Virus record (IMG/VR): IMGVR_UViG_3300040758_000220
Direction: 5' to 3' (one strand)
Source: an uncultured virus (IMG/VR IMGVR_UViG_3300040758_000220)
Lineage: Duplodnaviria; Heunggongvirae; Uroviricota; Caudoviricetes
DNA length: 20,000 nucleotides
Positions within the stretch are counted from its first letter, which is position 1. Each line of letters starts with the position of its first letter. The position numbers were made by a program, and so were the translations under genes. The notes beneath the pieces are model-generated. The model saw nothing but the letters and a program-made list of their open reading frames with translations. It was not told where the DNA came from and did no database searches. Of this stretch, positions 7,218 through 15,925 are shown one piece after another.

Positions 7218-7242
7218 TGGTGCCCGTTGCTACATAATACCG
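7218..7242 (-). repeat. Right terminal inverted repeat of transposon 1
   Basis: Reverse complement of 1783-1807; followed by CTGGATTG. Confidence 0.96.
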
Positions 7243-7520
7243 CTGGATTGCCCGACATGGACCTGTTCTCCTACGCCCCACCCACCTCCCCGACCCCACG
7301 CGAGGAACCCTCCGCCGCCCTGTTCCCGGATGCCACGCCGCCAGAGCAGGTGCGGTGCTCCGGTGATTGCGTCTGGATCGAGTTTGGGCTGGCAACGGCT
7401 GAGAGCGGGTGCGAGATGTGCCGGGCGATTGATCTGGCGTCGGGGGTGTACGTGCCGTTTGCGGTTACGGTGCGGGAGGTGTTTGGGGAGGCGGTTGACG
7501 ACGCGGCTATGTCGGGCTAA
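7243..7520 (+). pseudogene. 3' part of the transposon-split phage gene (Cys-containing small protein)
   Basis: Continues frame MAGL|PDMDLFSY...CSGDC...CEMC...; an internal ATG at 7257 could restart translation. Confidence 0.7.
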
Positions 7521-7553
7521 TGTTGTGGGAACGCCGCCATAAGGGGTCCGCCC

Positions 7554-7772
7554 ATGCCTTCCGATCAATTCCGCGTGAGTGTTTACCTACCCCGGGATGC
7601 GGAAGCGGTGGTCCGCAGCATTGCAGCGCGGCGCGGGATAGGTGTCAATGCCGTGTTCCGGCTGGCGCTTGGTGTTCTCCAGGCCCATGAGGATGCGCGG
7701 GAAGCTGGGCAGTATGTCGGCACGACGCGGGTGCGGGAGCATTTGGAACAAGTGATCGTGGCACCGCTCTGA
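7554..7772 (+). CDS. Ribbon-helix-helix-like small DNA-binding protein
   Basis: FRVSVYLP strand followed by two helices (AEAVVRSIAARRGIGVNAVFRLAL); AAGGGG RBS. Confidence 0.7.
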   Translation: MPSDQFRVSVYLPRDAEAVVRSIAARRGIGVNAVFRLALGVLQAHEDAREAGQYVGTTRVREHLEQVIVAPL

Positions 7773-7791
7773 CGCCTCACTCGGCAGTGCC

Positions 7792-8337
7792 GTGATCCCC
7801 CCAATCGAGACTCGGTATAATGGCTATCGGTTCCGCTCGCGGACCGAGGCGCGCTGGGCTGTGTTTTTCGATGCCGCTGGCATCCAATACGAATATGAAA
7901 AGGAGGGTTACGCTCTTCCGTCAGGGTGGTATCTTCCTGATTTCTGGCTACCCGATTTCAAGTTGTGGTTTGAGGTGAAGGGGCAGCGGCCGACGCCGGT
8001 TGAGGCTCGGCTCTTGTCCGAACTGGTCTTCGCGAGCGGGCACACAGGGCTTCTCGCTACGGGTGCGCCTCAGCCCGTCGCCCAGATTCTCCATTTCATT
8101 CCCCCGCGCCCGGGCGACTTCGATGGCTGGGACGCTGGGACGCAGTGGTATCTGTGTGATGACAGGCGAGACGACGGCCAGTTTTGGTTAATGAACGACG
8201 ATTGCGGCGCCTTCCACATCGGCCCTGACGATTGCCACACCAACTCGACGCCCGACCACCGGAAATACCCGGCCGTTCACTCAGCAACCGCCCGCAGCTA
8301 TAGAGCCGCCCGGTCTGCGCGTTTCGAGCGCCACTGA
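7792..8337 (+). CDS. Phage PD-(D/E)xK-like nuclease
   Basis: IETRYNGYRFRSRTEARWAVFFD...YEYE...YLPDFWLP...FEVKG motif set. Confidence 0.85.
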   Translation: MIPPIETRYNGYRFRSRTEARWAVFFDAAGIQYEYEKEGYALPSGWYLPDFWLPDFKLWFEVKGQRPTPVEARLLSELVFASGHTGLLATGAPQPVAQILHFIPPRPGDFDGWDAGTQWYLCDDRRDDGQFWLMNDDCGAFHIGPDDCHTNSTPDHRKYPAVHSATARSYRAARSARFERH

Positions 8338-9170
8338 TGGCGATCCCAGACGAGATCGAGCGCGTTGCGTTGCTCGGGTGGCACATCTACCCACAATCGA
8401 ACTATGGGCGCAGCGCGTGTTTCGAGGGTGCTCACTCGGCGGCGACGGCCGATCTTGATGTGATCGCCAACTGGTGCCGAGCTTATCCGAATTGCAACTG
8501 GCGCGTCGTCTGTGGTCCCTCGCGTATTTGGGGTTTGGACCTCGATGTGCCCCCTTTGCATTTACATGACGGCGTATCTAACTTCGCCAAGTTGGCAGCC
8601 GAGCGTGGGGGTCTGCCGGCGAGGCCGGCAATGCGCTCGGGTGGGGGTGGCCTAGCCATCTTCTTCGCGCACAGCGGCGAGCCGATCCGCGGTAAGGCCG
8701 GTGTCCCGGTTCCCGGTTCCGACCCTCGGCGCGGCCAGCAAACCCAAACGATCCCACCATCCCGCCACCATTCGACCGGCAAACCCTATAGGTGGATCGC
8801 CGCGCCTTGGGACACTTCGCCACCCCCGGCGCCGGGGTGGTTGTTGGAATTGGTCAAGCCCCCGCCCGAGCCGGAAGCCAAGGCCCCGGCGCGGCTAGCG
8901 AGCGGCGACCAAGCCCGGAACTATGCCGTTGCGGCATTACATCACGCAGTTCGGCGGGTGGGCGCGGCCGGCAAGGGTGGCCGCAACGACACTCTAAACC
9001 GCGAAACCTTTTCTTTGGCCCGGTTTGTCCTCGCCGGCGCGTTGTCCGAAGCGGAAGTCCGGGACGCCCTCTTTGCCGCCGCACATGCGAACGGTATGAC
9101 CGGCGATGACGGTGCCCGCGCCGCGCTGATGACGATTGAGAGCGGGTTGAAATCCCGGCGGCCGGCATGA
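8337..9170 (+). CDS. Bifunctional DNA primase/polymerase (prim-pol) with C-terminal helical domain
   Basis: GWHIYP, AATADLDVIANW, LDLD catalytic motif, SGGGG, IPPSRH...YRW, C-terminal GGRNDTLN. Confidence 0.9.
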   Translation: MAIPDEIERVALLGWHIYPQSNYGRSACFEGAHSAATADLDVIANWCRAYPNCNWRVVCGPSRIWGLDLDVPPLHLHDGVSNFAKLAAERGGLPARPAMRSGGGGLAIFFAHSGEPIRGKAGVPVPGSDPRRGQQTQTIPPSRHHSTGKPYRWIAAPWDTSPPPAPGWLLELVKPPPEPEAKAPARLASGDQARNYAVAALHHAVRRVGAAGKGGRNDTLNRETFSLARFVLAGALSEAEVRDALFAAAHANGMTGDDGARAALMTIESGLKSRRPA

Positions 9171-10630
9171 CGCTGCCATTCGACCCGGCTCAGGTGGCGA
9201 GAGCGGCGCACGAACGGGCGGAAGCTTCTCCTGTCGAGACGGTCGAGGTTGTCCCGCGGTTCAACGGCGAGGCGATAGCCGAGGCACTCACCGAGATTGT
9301 GCCTCCTGAGTTCGCGGATGATAGCCTTGGCCTGGAGTTCAGCCGACGATTCAGCCCGGCCCTCCGATATGTGGACAAGTGGGGTAAGTGGATGGCGTGG
9401 GACGGGAAGGTGTGGCGGCAAGACAATACCTTGCGGGTCTACGATCTGGTGCGTCGGGTGTGTCGCGTCGCAAGCGCGGAAGCGAAAGGCGCCGTGCGCC
9501 AGCGCCTTGCGTCCGGCAAGACCATCGCTGCGGTCGAAAAGCTGGTCCGGTCAGACCGCCGGCATGCCGCCACCGTCGAACAATGGGACTCCAACCCTTG
9601 GTTATTGAATACCCCCGACGGGGTGCTGGACCTGAAGACTGGAGAGACAGGGCCGCATGAGGCGGACCATCACATGACCAGGATTACCGCGTCATCCGTG
9701 GGCGGGGAGTGCCCGCTATGGCTGGCGTTTCTCGCGAAAGTCACAAACAAGAGCACCGAACTTTGTGAGTATTTACAGCGCGTTTCTGGGTATTGTTTAA
9801 CCGGCCTGACAACCGAACACGCGATGTTTTTTGCCTACGGGACAGGGCGCAACGGGAAGGGTGTGTTCCTGAACACCCTCGCGGCGATCATGGGCGACTA
9901 TGGCCGCATTTCGCCAGTCGGGACCTTTACCGCAGCAACCTATGATCGCCACGACGCCGAGCTTGCTTTTTTACAGGGCGCCCGGCTGGTGACGGCACAG
10001 GAAACCGAAGAGGGCCGGCAGTGGGCCGAAGCACGTGTCAAATCCCTGACTGGCGGCGACCCGATCACCGCGCATTTCATGCGCCAGGATTATTTCACGT
10101 TTATCCCACAGTTCAAGCTGTTCATCGCCGGAAACCACAAGCCAGGCCTTCGCAATATCGACGAAGCGATCAAGTCCAGGTTCAACCTGGTGCCGTTCGA
10201 GGTGACAATCCCGAAGAACGAGCGCGACATCGAGTTGCCCGAAAAGCTAAGGGGCGAGTGGCCCGGTATCCTACAGTGGGCGGTTGATGGTTGCCTTGCG
10301 TGGCAGAGATCGGGCCTACAGGCCCCGGATGTCGTCCGGAAGGCGACCGACAATTACTTTGAGGCGGAAGACTCGATGGGGCTGTGGATCGCGGAAGCCT
10401 GCCTCACTGGCGAATGGCGTTGGGGGTCGAGTGCCGAGTTGTTCAAATCGTGGAGCGCCTGGGCGCGGACCGCTGGCGAACCCGCCGTCTCGCAGAAGCG
10501 ATTCGGGGATGCGCTGGAAAGCCGCGGCTTCCCCCGGAAGCGCAAGCCCGGCACCGGCGACCGGGGCTTCGAACGGATTTGCCTGAACGTCAAGCCGCCC
10601 GTCACCGACCCGCCGGCTGATTGGGAATAG
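9167..10630 (+). CDS. P4-family / D5-like primase-helicase (SF3)
   Basis: D5_N-like region (WDGKVW, LLNTPDGVLDLKTG), Walker A GTGRNGKG, KSLTGGDPITA, GNHKP; ATGA overlap with the prim-pol gene. Confidence 0.95.
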   Translation: MTLPFDPAQVARAAHERAEASPVETVEVVPRFNGEAIAEALTEIVPPEFADDSLGLEFSRRFSPALRYVDKWGKWMAWDGKVWRQDNTLRVYDLVRRVCRVASAEAKGAVRQRLASGKTIAAVEKLVRSDRRHAATVEQWDSNPWLLNTPDGVLDLKTGETGPHEADHHMTRITASSVGGECPLWLAFLAKVTNKSTELCEYLQRVSGYCLTGLTTEHAMFFAYGTGRNGKGVFLNTLAAIMGDYGRISPVGTFTAATYDRHDAELAFLQGARLVTAQETEEGRQWAEARVKSLTGGDPITAHFMRQDYFTFIPQFKLFIAGNHKPGLRNIDEAIKSRFNLVPFEVTIPKNERDIELPEKLRGEWPGILQWAVDGCLAWQRSGLQAPDVVRKATDNYFEAEDSMGLWIAEACLTGEWRWGSSAELFKSWSAWARTAGEPAVSQKRFGDALESRGFPRKRKPGTGDRGFERICLNVKPPVTDPPADWE

Positions 10631-10648
10631 GGCCGATGCGGACCTATC

Positions 10649-10761
10649 GTGACGCTGTGACGGATAATGACGGGTTCCCCTATTATGACGTGTTCGCGCA
10701 CACGCGCACGCGCGATACACGTCATAATAGCGATATGCGTCATAAAGCGTCACAGCGTCAC
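10649..10761. repeat. Nested inverted repeat with TGACG units, putative replication origin
   Basis: GTGACGCTGTGACG (10649-10662) pairs with CGTCACAGCGTCAC (10748-10761); CTATTATGACGTGT (10680-10693) pairs with ACACGTCATAATAG (10717-10730); starts 18 nt after the helicase stop. Confidence 0.8.
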
Positions 10762-10878
10762 ACCCCACCCCAAGGACCCCTATGCCCCAGCCCAAAACGC
10801 AAATCTTCCCTGGGGGGCAAAGGGTGGGGTGGCCATGATTCCGTCGCCGCCGCGTCCCGGTGCCCGGCCGAGGGGGCG

Positions 10879-10905
10879 GCTGCCGACGCTGCCGACGCTG
10901 CCGAC
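10879..10905 (+). repeat. 9-bp tandem repeat (GCTGCCGAC)x3
   Basis: Three exact adjacent copies. Confidence 0.8.
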
Positions 10906-11120
10906 GCCGCTCCCACTGGCGGAATCGCGGCGGATGCTGCTATTAGGGCAGGGTCTAATGAGAAACACCGGGTATGCGGATGGTGCATACCGTCGCCCTG
11001 AGCTAACGCTTTGATATTGCTGTAAACCTATGTCGCGTGCCGCTAATCTGGCATGCCTGGCGGCGGATCGGCGCGCAATTCTCGCGTGCGCCGACTGGGT
11101 AGGCGCGATAAAGGGCGCCT

Positions 11121-11546
11121 ATGAACAGCGGGACGCCACCAGATCGGCCGGACGTTATAGGCGATCCAGTCGGCCACATTTCCACTTTTCTCAAATTGAG
11201 CGCACCAAAGGTAACGACTGGGCGCGACGATTGGCTTATTCGATCAAGCGATTGGCTTTTTCTATGGCGCCGGTGGGACTACCCTGGCCGGATTGCTGGT
11301 TTTTTGAGCGTTCTACCGCCCGGCTTGTCATGGAACACCGCGAAGGGCTGGCTTAGCGGCCGCCGCCGTCCGCCAGCATGGGCACTGGAGGCCGTAGGAG
11401 ACGCCCTGGAGGCTCGCATCCGCGAGGGGCAGGAAATACTGGCCGGCGTGCGCGAGGCCGCCAAGCAGGCTTCTGAACGGCCGCGTCGGGGCAATTTCGT
11501 CGATCCGGAGACTGGGCGGAGCAAGCGGGGGCATTGGCGCCGCTAG
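11121..11546 (+). CDS. Putative HTH-containing protein (start uncertain)
   Basis: LSWNTAKGWLSGRRRPP resembles an XRE-type recognition helix; followed by an amphipathic helix. Confidence 0.55.
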   Translation: MNSGTPPDRPDVIGDPVGHISTFLKLSAPKVTTGRDDWLIRSSDWLFLWRRWDYPGRIAGFLSVLPPGLSWNTAKGWLSGRRRPPAWALEAVGDALEARIREGQEILAGVREAAKQASERPRRGNFVDPETGRSKRGHWRR

Positions 11547-11715
11547 GCGTCCCGCAAACGCAACCCCATCGACGGGGCGGTGCTGGTGCTGGTCTGGTGG
11601 TGCGGTGCTGCATAGCTGCCATGCAGAGAAAACGTAGCACGTAGCGGATAACTTACCTTATATGTGACGTGCGCCCGGTGTTGGATCGGCCGGGAGCGGC
11701 GAGGGAGCCGGGAGC

Positions 11716-12618
11716 ATGAGACAATATCAACAGGTCACTGACCGAATCGTGGCGATGCTGGAAGCCGGCACGCGCCCGTGGAATCAGGATTGGAGCGCAG
11801 GCGGCGGGCGTCCGTTGCGCCACGACGGCACGCCATACCGCGGCGCCAACGTCCTGAACCTATGGGCGGCCGGCATGGCGCGCGGCTTCGCTTCCCAGCA
11901 TTGGATGACCTACAAGCGGGCGGCGGAACTGGGTGGCCAAGTGCGCAAGGGCGCGCGGTCGGAGTCGGCTTTTTATGTCGGCACCGTCACGCGCACCGAG
12001 GAACGCGACGGCGAGGAGATCGACCGCACGATTCCTTTCCTCAAGGCTTACTGCGTGTTCAATGCCGACGAGATCGAGGGGTTGCCTGGGCAGTATTATT
12101 TCAAGCCCGAGGCGCATCCCCTGGCCGATGGCGAGCGGTTGCCGGCGGCGGACGACTGGATTGCGCGGACGGGCGCGCGCATCGTGCACGGCGGCGGCCG
12201 TGCGTATTACCATCGGCTGGCCGATCAGATTCACTTGCCAGACTTTGCCAGTTTTGTTTCCGGCGCGGGGTACTACAGCACGGCCTTGCATGAACTGACA
12301 CATTGGAGCGGCGCTGAAAAGCGGCTGGATCGTACCAAGGGCAGGGTCTTCGGTGATCCTGAGTACGCCTTCGAGGAACTGGTTGCGTGGCAGGAGGAAC
12401 CGACTATGGACACCACCTATGAATTTTTTTTCACCGGTGCGGACGGCGCAGAGTTTGGCCTGTCCTACGGCTACGGCTCCGAGGCGGAGGCGCAGGCTTC
12501 CGCAAGCCGGCTTGGGTGCGCCTTCCGGGCGGCAATCACGAAGCCCGCGCGATATGTGCGCGATCTTTCTGGCCTCTTTGATCTGCGCCCCGGCCAGCTC
12601 ATCCAGCGGGATGCCTGA
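11716..12618 (+). CDS. ardC: ArdC-family ssDNA-binding antirestriction protein, C-terminally truncated and fused to an unrelated ORF
   Basis: VTDRIVAMLEAGTRPW, YRGANVLNLW, WMTYK...GGQVRKG, VFNADEIEGL, AYY..LADQIHLP, HELTHW zincin motif, YAFEELVA; the resemblance stops abruptly after EELVA. Confidence 0.88.
   Translation: MRQYQQVTDRIVAMLEAGTRPWNQDWSAGGGRPLRHDGTPYRGANVLNLWAAGMARGFASQHWMTYKRAAELGGQVRKGARSESAFYVGTVTRTEERDGEEIDRTIPFLKAYCVFNADEIEGLPGQYYFKPEAHPLADGERLPAADDWIARTGARIVHGGGRAYYHRLADQIHLPDFASFVSGAGYYSTALHELTHWSGAEKRLDRTKGRVFGDPEYAFEELVAWQEEPTMDTTYEFFFTGADGAEFGLSYGYGSEAEAQASASRLGCAFRAAITKPARYVRDLSGLFDLRPGQLIQRDA
12406..12618 (+). CDS. Small hypothetical protein in frame with the ardC tail
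   Basis: AGGAGG RBS at 12392-12397 ahead of ATG 12406. Confidence 0.55.
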   Translation: MDTTYEFFFTGADGAEFGLSYGYGSEAEAQASASRLGCAFRAAITKPARYVRDLSGLFDLRPGQLIQRDA

Positions 12619-12797
12619 CCATGCGCTTCGCCGATCGGCTCAATGCTTGCTTCGGTCGCCACCCTGGTCAAAGCGGCACGTCCTGCGCCGAGTTGGGCGC
12701 GGAACTTGATGCCGCGTATGCCAGCATCCAGGCCGAGACGGGCGTTAATGTCGCGGTGATCAAGAGTGCTTTCTATAATGCTTGGGAGGGCTGACAG

Positions 12798-12998
12798 ATG
12801 CACAAAGAAGATTTCTGTACGGCTCTCATTTTGATGGCGGCCGGCATCATCGGCGCCGTTGCTGGCGGGCAGTATCTGCTCAAGCCGGATAGAACAGGAA
12901 AACGGTGGGTACTCGTCCTCATACGCATAGGCGTCGTCATCAGCGTGCTCGCAGTAAATCTTGCCGTTGTAGGGCTGCGGATGGTTTTCTGGGGTTAG
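12798..12998 (+). CDS. Small two-TM membrane protein
   Basis: GGAGGG RBS; two hydrophobic helices separated by KPDRTGKR. Confidence 0.6.
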   Translation: MHKEDFCTALILMAAGIIGAVAGGQYLLKPDRTGKRWVLVLIRIGVVISVLAVNLAVVGLRMVFWG

Positions 12999-13056
12999 GA
13001 CGGAGCGGAAGTCGAATAGCCGCGTCAAAGACACACAAACCAATGGAGTGCAGACC

Positions 13057-13461
13057 ATGACAAACTACCACCGCGAACTGAGCGTGTTCCGTTACCGGAT
13101 GCGGAGCCGCATCTCCCGCGTGCGACGGGCAATCCGTTACGCTCTCGGGCGCGCAACGACCGAGGACGGGTGGCAGCTATTCCGCGACGCCGAGGACGTG
13201 ACGGGCTTCTATTGCCTCGAAGGGATCGGCGTTGACGACGTGCTGACGGACGCCATCGAACGCTACGGCGACATGCCTGAATTGCCCGAATTGGCGCGGC
13301 GAGCCTGCCGGCGCGTGTACGACAAATGGAACAGCACGGGCGACACGCAAAGCGCGGCGGAGGATTGGGCCTTCGACATGATCCGCGCCTATGCCGATGA
13401 CGCCGGGCTGACGCTGATCGATTCGTGGGATGCGGCGCCGGCAGACACAGAAGTCGCTTGA
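13057..13461 (+). CDS. Hypothetical protein
   Basis: GGAG RBS before ATG 13057; protein-like composition, GC-rich third codon positions. Confidence 0.75.
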   Translation: MTNYHRELSVFRYRMRSRISRVRRAIRYALGRATTEDGWQLFRDAEDVTGFYCLEGIGVDDVLTDAIERYGDMPELPELARRACRRVYDKWNSTGDTQSAAEDWAFDMIRAYADDAGLTLIDSWDAAPADTEVA

Positions 13462-13487
13462 CACGTCCCACCGACTACCCCTAAAAT
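13458..13487 (+). promoter_or_regulatory. Putative sigma70 promoter upstream of the ParB-like gene
   Basis: TTGACA (13458-13463), 18-nt spacer, TAAAAT (13482-13487). Confidence 0.6.
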
Positions 13488-13536
13488 CCACCCACGCCCG
13501 GCAATGAGGCCGGACGCCAACGGCAGGGAGCCGACA

Positions 13537-14379
13537 ATGAAACTCAAGGACCTTGTGAAGCAAAGCGGCGGCAGTGGTTCCGACCTGTGGAACGTGCCGG
13601 TCGAACTGCTGGACGTTAACCCCGGCAATATCCGCTTGGACGGGCCGGCGCTGCGCGAGCACATCGCGGGGCTGGCCGAGTCGATCATGGCGCAGGGCTT
13701 TCTGCGCTCGCGCCCGTTGACCATCCGCCAAGGCGACGACCGGCTGATCGTGGTCGATGGCAACTGCCGGCTGCTGGCGGTCAAGATCGCGATTGAGAAA
13801 GGGGCGCCGATCAAGAACCTGCCGTGCCTCTCGGAAGCGCCGAACACGTCCGAGGCCGACCGGACGCTCAACATGCTGCTGGCAAACTCAGGCTTGCAGC
13901 ATACGCCGGTGGAGTACGCTGCGGCGATCAACAAGCTGCTGTCCTACGGTTGGACGGATACCGACATCGCCAAGAAGCTCGGCCGATCGCGGCAATGGGT
14001 GACGAACACGCTGGAGACGGCGGCGCTGCCGCCCGAGGCGCATGCACTGATCGCGGCGGGCACGGCTTCGGCGACGACGCTGCGCCAGGCGGTGCGGCAG
14101 GGCGGAACGGAAGCCGTGGGGCGGATTGCCCAGGTCGCGGCGGACACGGGGCGGAAGCACGTCACGGCGCGACATCTCAGGACGGTCGTGATCGAGGCCG
14201 GGCCTGTAACCGAGGTACAGGCGGAGCCGGCGCCCGTCGTGGCGGCGCCGGAGCCTGATGCCATACAGGATGAACTGGTCACACTGCGGCAGGCGGTGCG
14301 GGCGTTCCTCGCGGCGTGGGACGATCCGAACAGCGGGCGCGTCAACGAGACCGTGGCGGCGCTGCGGGAGGCCGTGTGA
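13537..14379 (+). CDS. ParB/Spo0J-like protein (ParB N-terminal domain plus HTH)
   Basis: NIR...LAESIMAQGFL..PLTI...VVDGNCRLLA; HTH TDIAKKLGRSRQWV; GGGAG RBS. Confidence 0.88.
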   Translation: MKLKDLVKQSGGSGSDLWNVPVELLDVNPGNIRLDGPALREHIAGLAESIMAQGFLRSRPLTIRQGDDRLIVVDGNCRLLAVKIAIEKGAPIKNLPCLSEAPNTSEADRTLNMLLANSGLQHTPVEYAAAINKLLSYGWTDTDIAKKLGRSRQWVTNTLETAALPPEAHALIAAGTASATTLRQAVRQGGTEAVGRIAQVAADTGRKHVTARHLRTVVIEAGPVTEVQAEPAPVVAAPEPDAIQDELVTLRQAVRAFLAAWDDPNSGRVNETVAALREAV

Positions 14380-14996
14380 TGTCGATTTGGGACATGACCG
14401 ACGCCGAACTCGCGCAAGCCTGCCAGGCGCCCGCTGGCGGTGCCGTGGTGCCGGCCGCACCACAACCCTATCCCGGCGCCTCGCCTGCCCTGGGCGCCGT
14501 GCTGGCGTCGATCACGGCGCTGTCTGCTACCGACCAAGCAAAACTCGCCCGCGCGTTCCGCAAGGCGGCGGCACCGCTCCGCTTGCCGGGATCGGCGTTC
14601 CGGTCGTGGGACGAATGGTGGCCGGTATGCCGTACGGCGCGCGCTGCTGCGGCTGCCGAACTAGGCGAGCGGTGGCACCTTGACGCCAGCACGTTGAATG
14701 CCCGCATCCCGGCCGCGTGGGCGAACATCAAGCTGCCGATCGGGGGCACGAAGCACGGGCCGCGCGACATTCATTGCCCGGCGGCGCGGTTCTGGCCGGG
14801 TGGCGTGCTGCCGTCTGGGGTCGAGTACGCCGAGCGGGGGGCGGTGGATGCGGCGGCTGGTATCCCGGTCACGGATAGTGAGCGCGTCGTGCGACTGCGT
14901 CGCCGGCAGGCGCCCAACGGCTGGGGCGTGCCAACGTTCGAGATGGAGCCGACGCCCGAGGATATTGACGGCGATCTGGCGGACGCGGCGGACTAG
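14379..14996 (+). CDS. Hypothetical protein
   Basis: ATG overlaps the ParB-like stop (TGATG); GGGAGG upstream; 205 aa. Confidence 0.7.
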   Translation: MSIWDMTDAELAQACQAPAGGAVVPAAPQPYPGASPALGAVLASITALSATDQAKLARAFRKAAAPLRLPGSAFRSWDEWWPVCRTARAAAAAELGERWHLDASTLNARIPAAWANIKLPIGGTKHGPRDIHCPAARFWPGGVLPSGVEYAERGAVDAAAGIPVTDSERVVRLRRRQAPNGWGVPTFEMEPTPEDIDGDLADAAD

Positions 14997-14998
14997 CC

Positions 14999-15205
14999 AT
15001 GTCCGCCCTCTGGCCCCTCCTCACCACGATCGGCTGGACGCCTCGCGTCTTGGCCGAAAAGCTGGAGATCAACCAGCGCAAGGCCGAACGCTGGGCCAGC
15101 GGGACGCTGACGGCGCCGGCGCATGTCGTGGCGTGGCTGGAACGGGTGGCGGCCGGCGTCGAGGCCGAGGGGTTGCCGGAGGGGTGGATGAAACGGGAGG
15201 GGTAG
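14999..15205 (+). CDS. Small XRE-like HTH protein
   Basis: IGWTPRVLAEKLEINQRKAERWASG..AP..VVAWL pattern. Confidence 0.8.
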   Translation: MSALWPLLTTIGWTPRVLAEKLEINQRKAERWASGTLTAPAHVVAWLERVAAGVEAEGLPEGWMKREG

Positions 15206-15218
15206 GGTGGCGCTCCAG

Positions 15219-15872
15219 TTACACCGCCGCCCCGCTGATCCGCCAGCTCCACCGATCCTCGACCCACCATTCCAGCGTCCCGTCGGCGTTGCGGGTCAGC
15301 CGCCCGGCGTAGCGCGCGGTCATGTCGAGGATAGTGTGGCCAATCAAGCTTGCCGTCTCGACTGCCCATTCCATGAATGCAATCGGCTTCGGGCACGGGT
15401 GGTCGTTGCCAATCACTTCGCCTGTCACGTGCATCCCAGGGTGCCAAATGGCGCGGGCAGTCGGCCGTGAACCCATGCCGTTCGCGAGGTAAGGAGACGT
15501 TCCGTAGAACAGAACGGGATGGTAGCAACCGAACCCCCAAGGCGATCTACCCCCCCCGTTTGGGCACACGATTCCGCCAATATCTCGCGCCCTAGGATAC
15601 TCCTGTAGCCAGCGCACACCTGAGAAAATCAACGCCCTACCGAACATGGAAAGGCACAGGCGAACCGCTGGCAGCACGACTTCATAGATCAAAGTTTCGT
15701 CGTCTTGGTAAGTTATTTCTGGTCGGTTAATAGTGTGCTTTGTTACTTTCCCAAGCAGATCGACTCCGTAGGGCGGATCGGTCACCACCACATCGACTTC
15801 GGAGAGCGTCGGCAGCACTTCCCGGCAGTCGGCCAACCAAAGCTCAGCGTTTCCGATCCGCTCCACCCTCAC
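15219..15872 (-). pseudogene. Beta-class N6A/N4C DNA methyltransferase lacking the C-terminal SAM-binding motif
   Basis: LWLADCREVL...VVVTDPPYG and HPCPKP...TILD are present, but the expected PFxGSG after ILD is replaced by unrelated sequence. Confidence 0.8.
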
Positions 15873-15925
15873 CCCACCCTCCCCGCCGGCACCACGGGCG
15901 CGATCTCGGCGAAGAGGCCGGTCAT
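15869..15925 (-). CDS. 18-aa mini-ORF bridging the two methyltransferase genes
   Basis: MTGLFAEIAPVVPAGRVG; its ATG overlaps the upstream stop (ATGA) and its stop overlaps the downstream GTG (GTGA). Confidence 0.45.
   Translation of the reverse strand: MTGLFAEIAPVVPAGRVG

Larger units (their letters stand above)
1783..7242 (+). mobile_element. IS1595-family passenger-carrying transposon (ISNha5-like ends), 5460 bp
   Basis: Perfect 25-bp TIR CGGTATTATGTAGCAACGGGCACCA at 1783-1807 and its reverse complement at 7218-7242; 8-bp direct repeat CTGGATTG at 1775-1782 and 7243-7250; internal IS1595 transposase. Confidence 0.96.

Noticed and set aside
10649..10905. Possible CRISPR array or ncRNA from the repeated TGACG and GCTGCCGAC units
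   Set aside because: The repeats are short, inverted or directly tandem, with no spacers and no cas genes.
12621..12794. 57-aa ORF MRFADRLNACF... between the ardC tail and the small membrane gene
   Set aside because: It fits the operon spacing, but there is no recognisable motif or strong RBS, so it is not listed as a feature.
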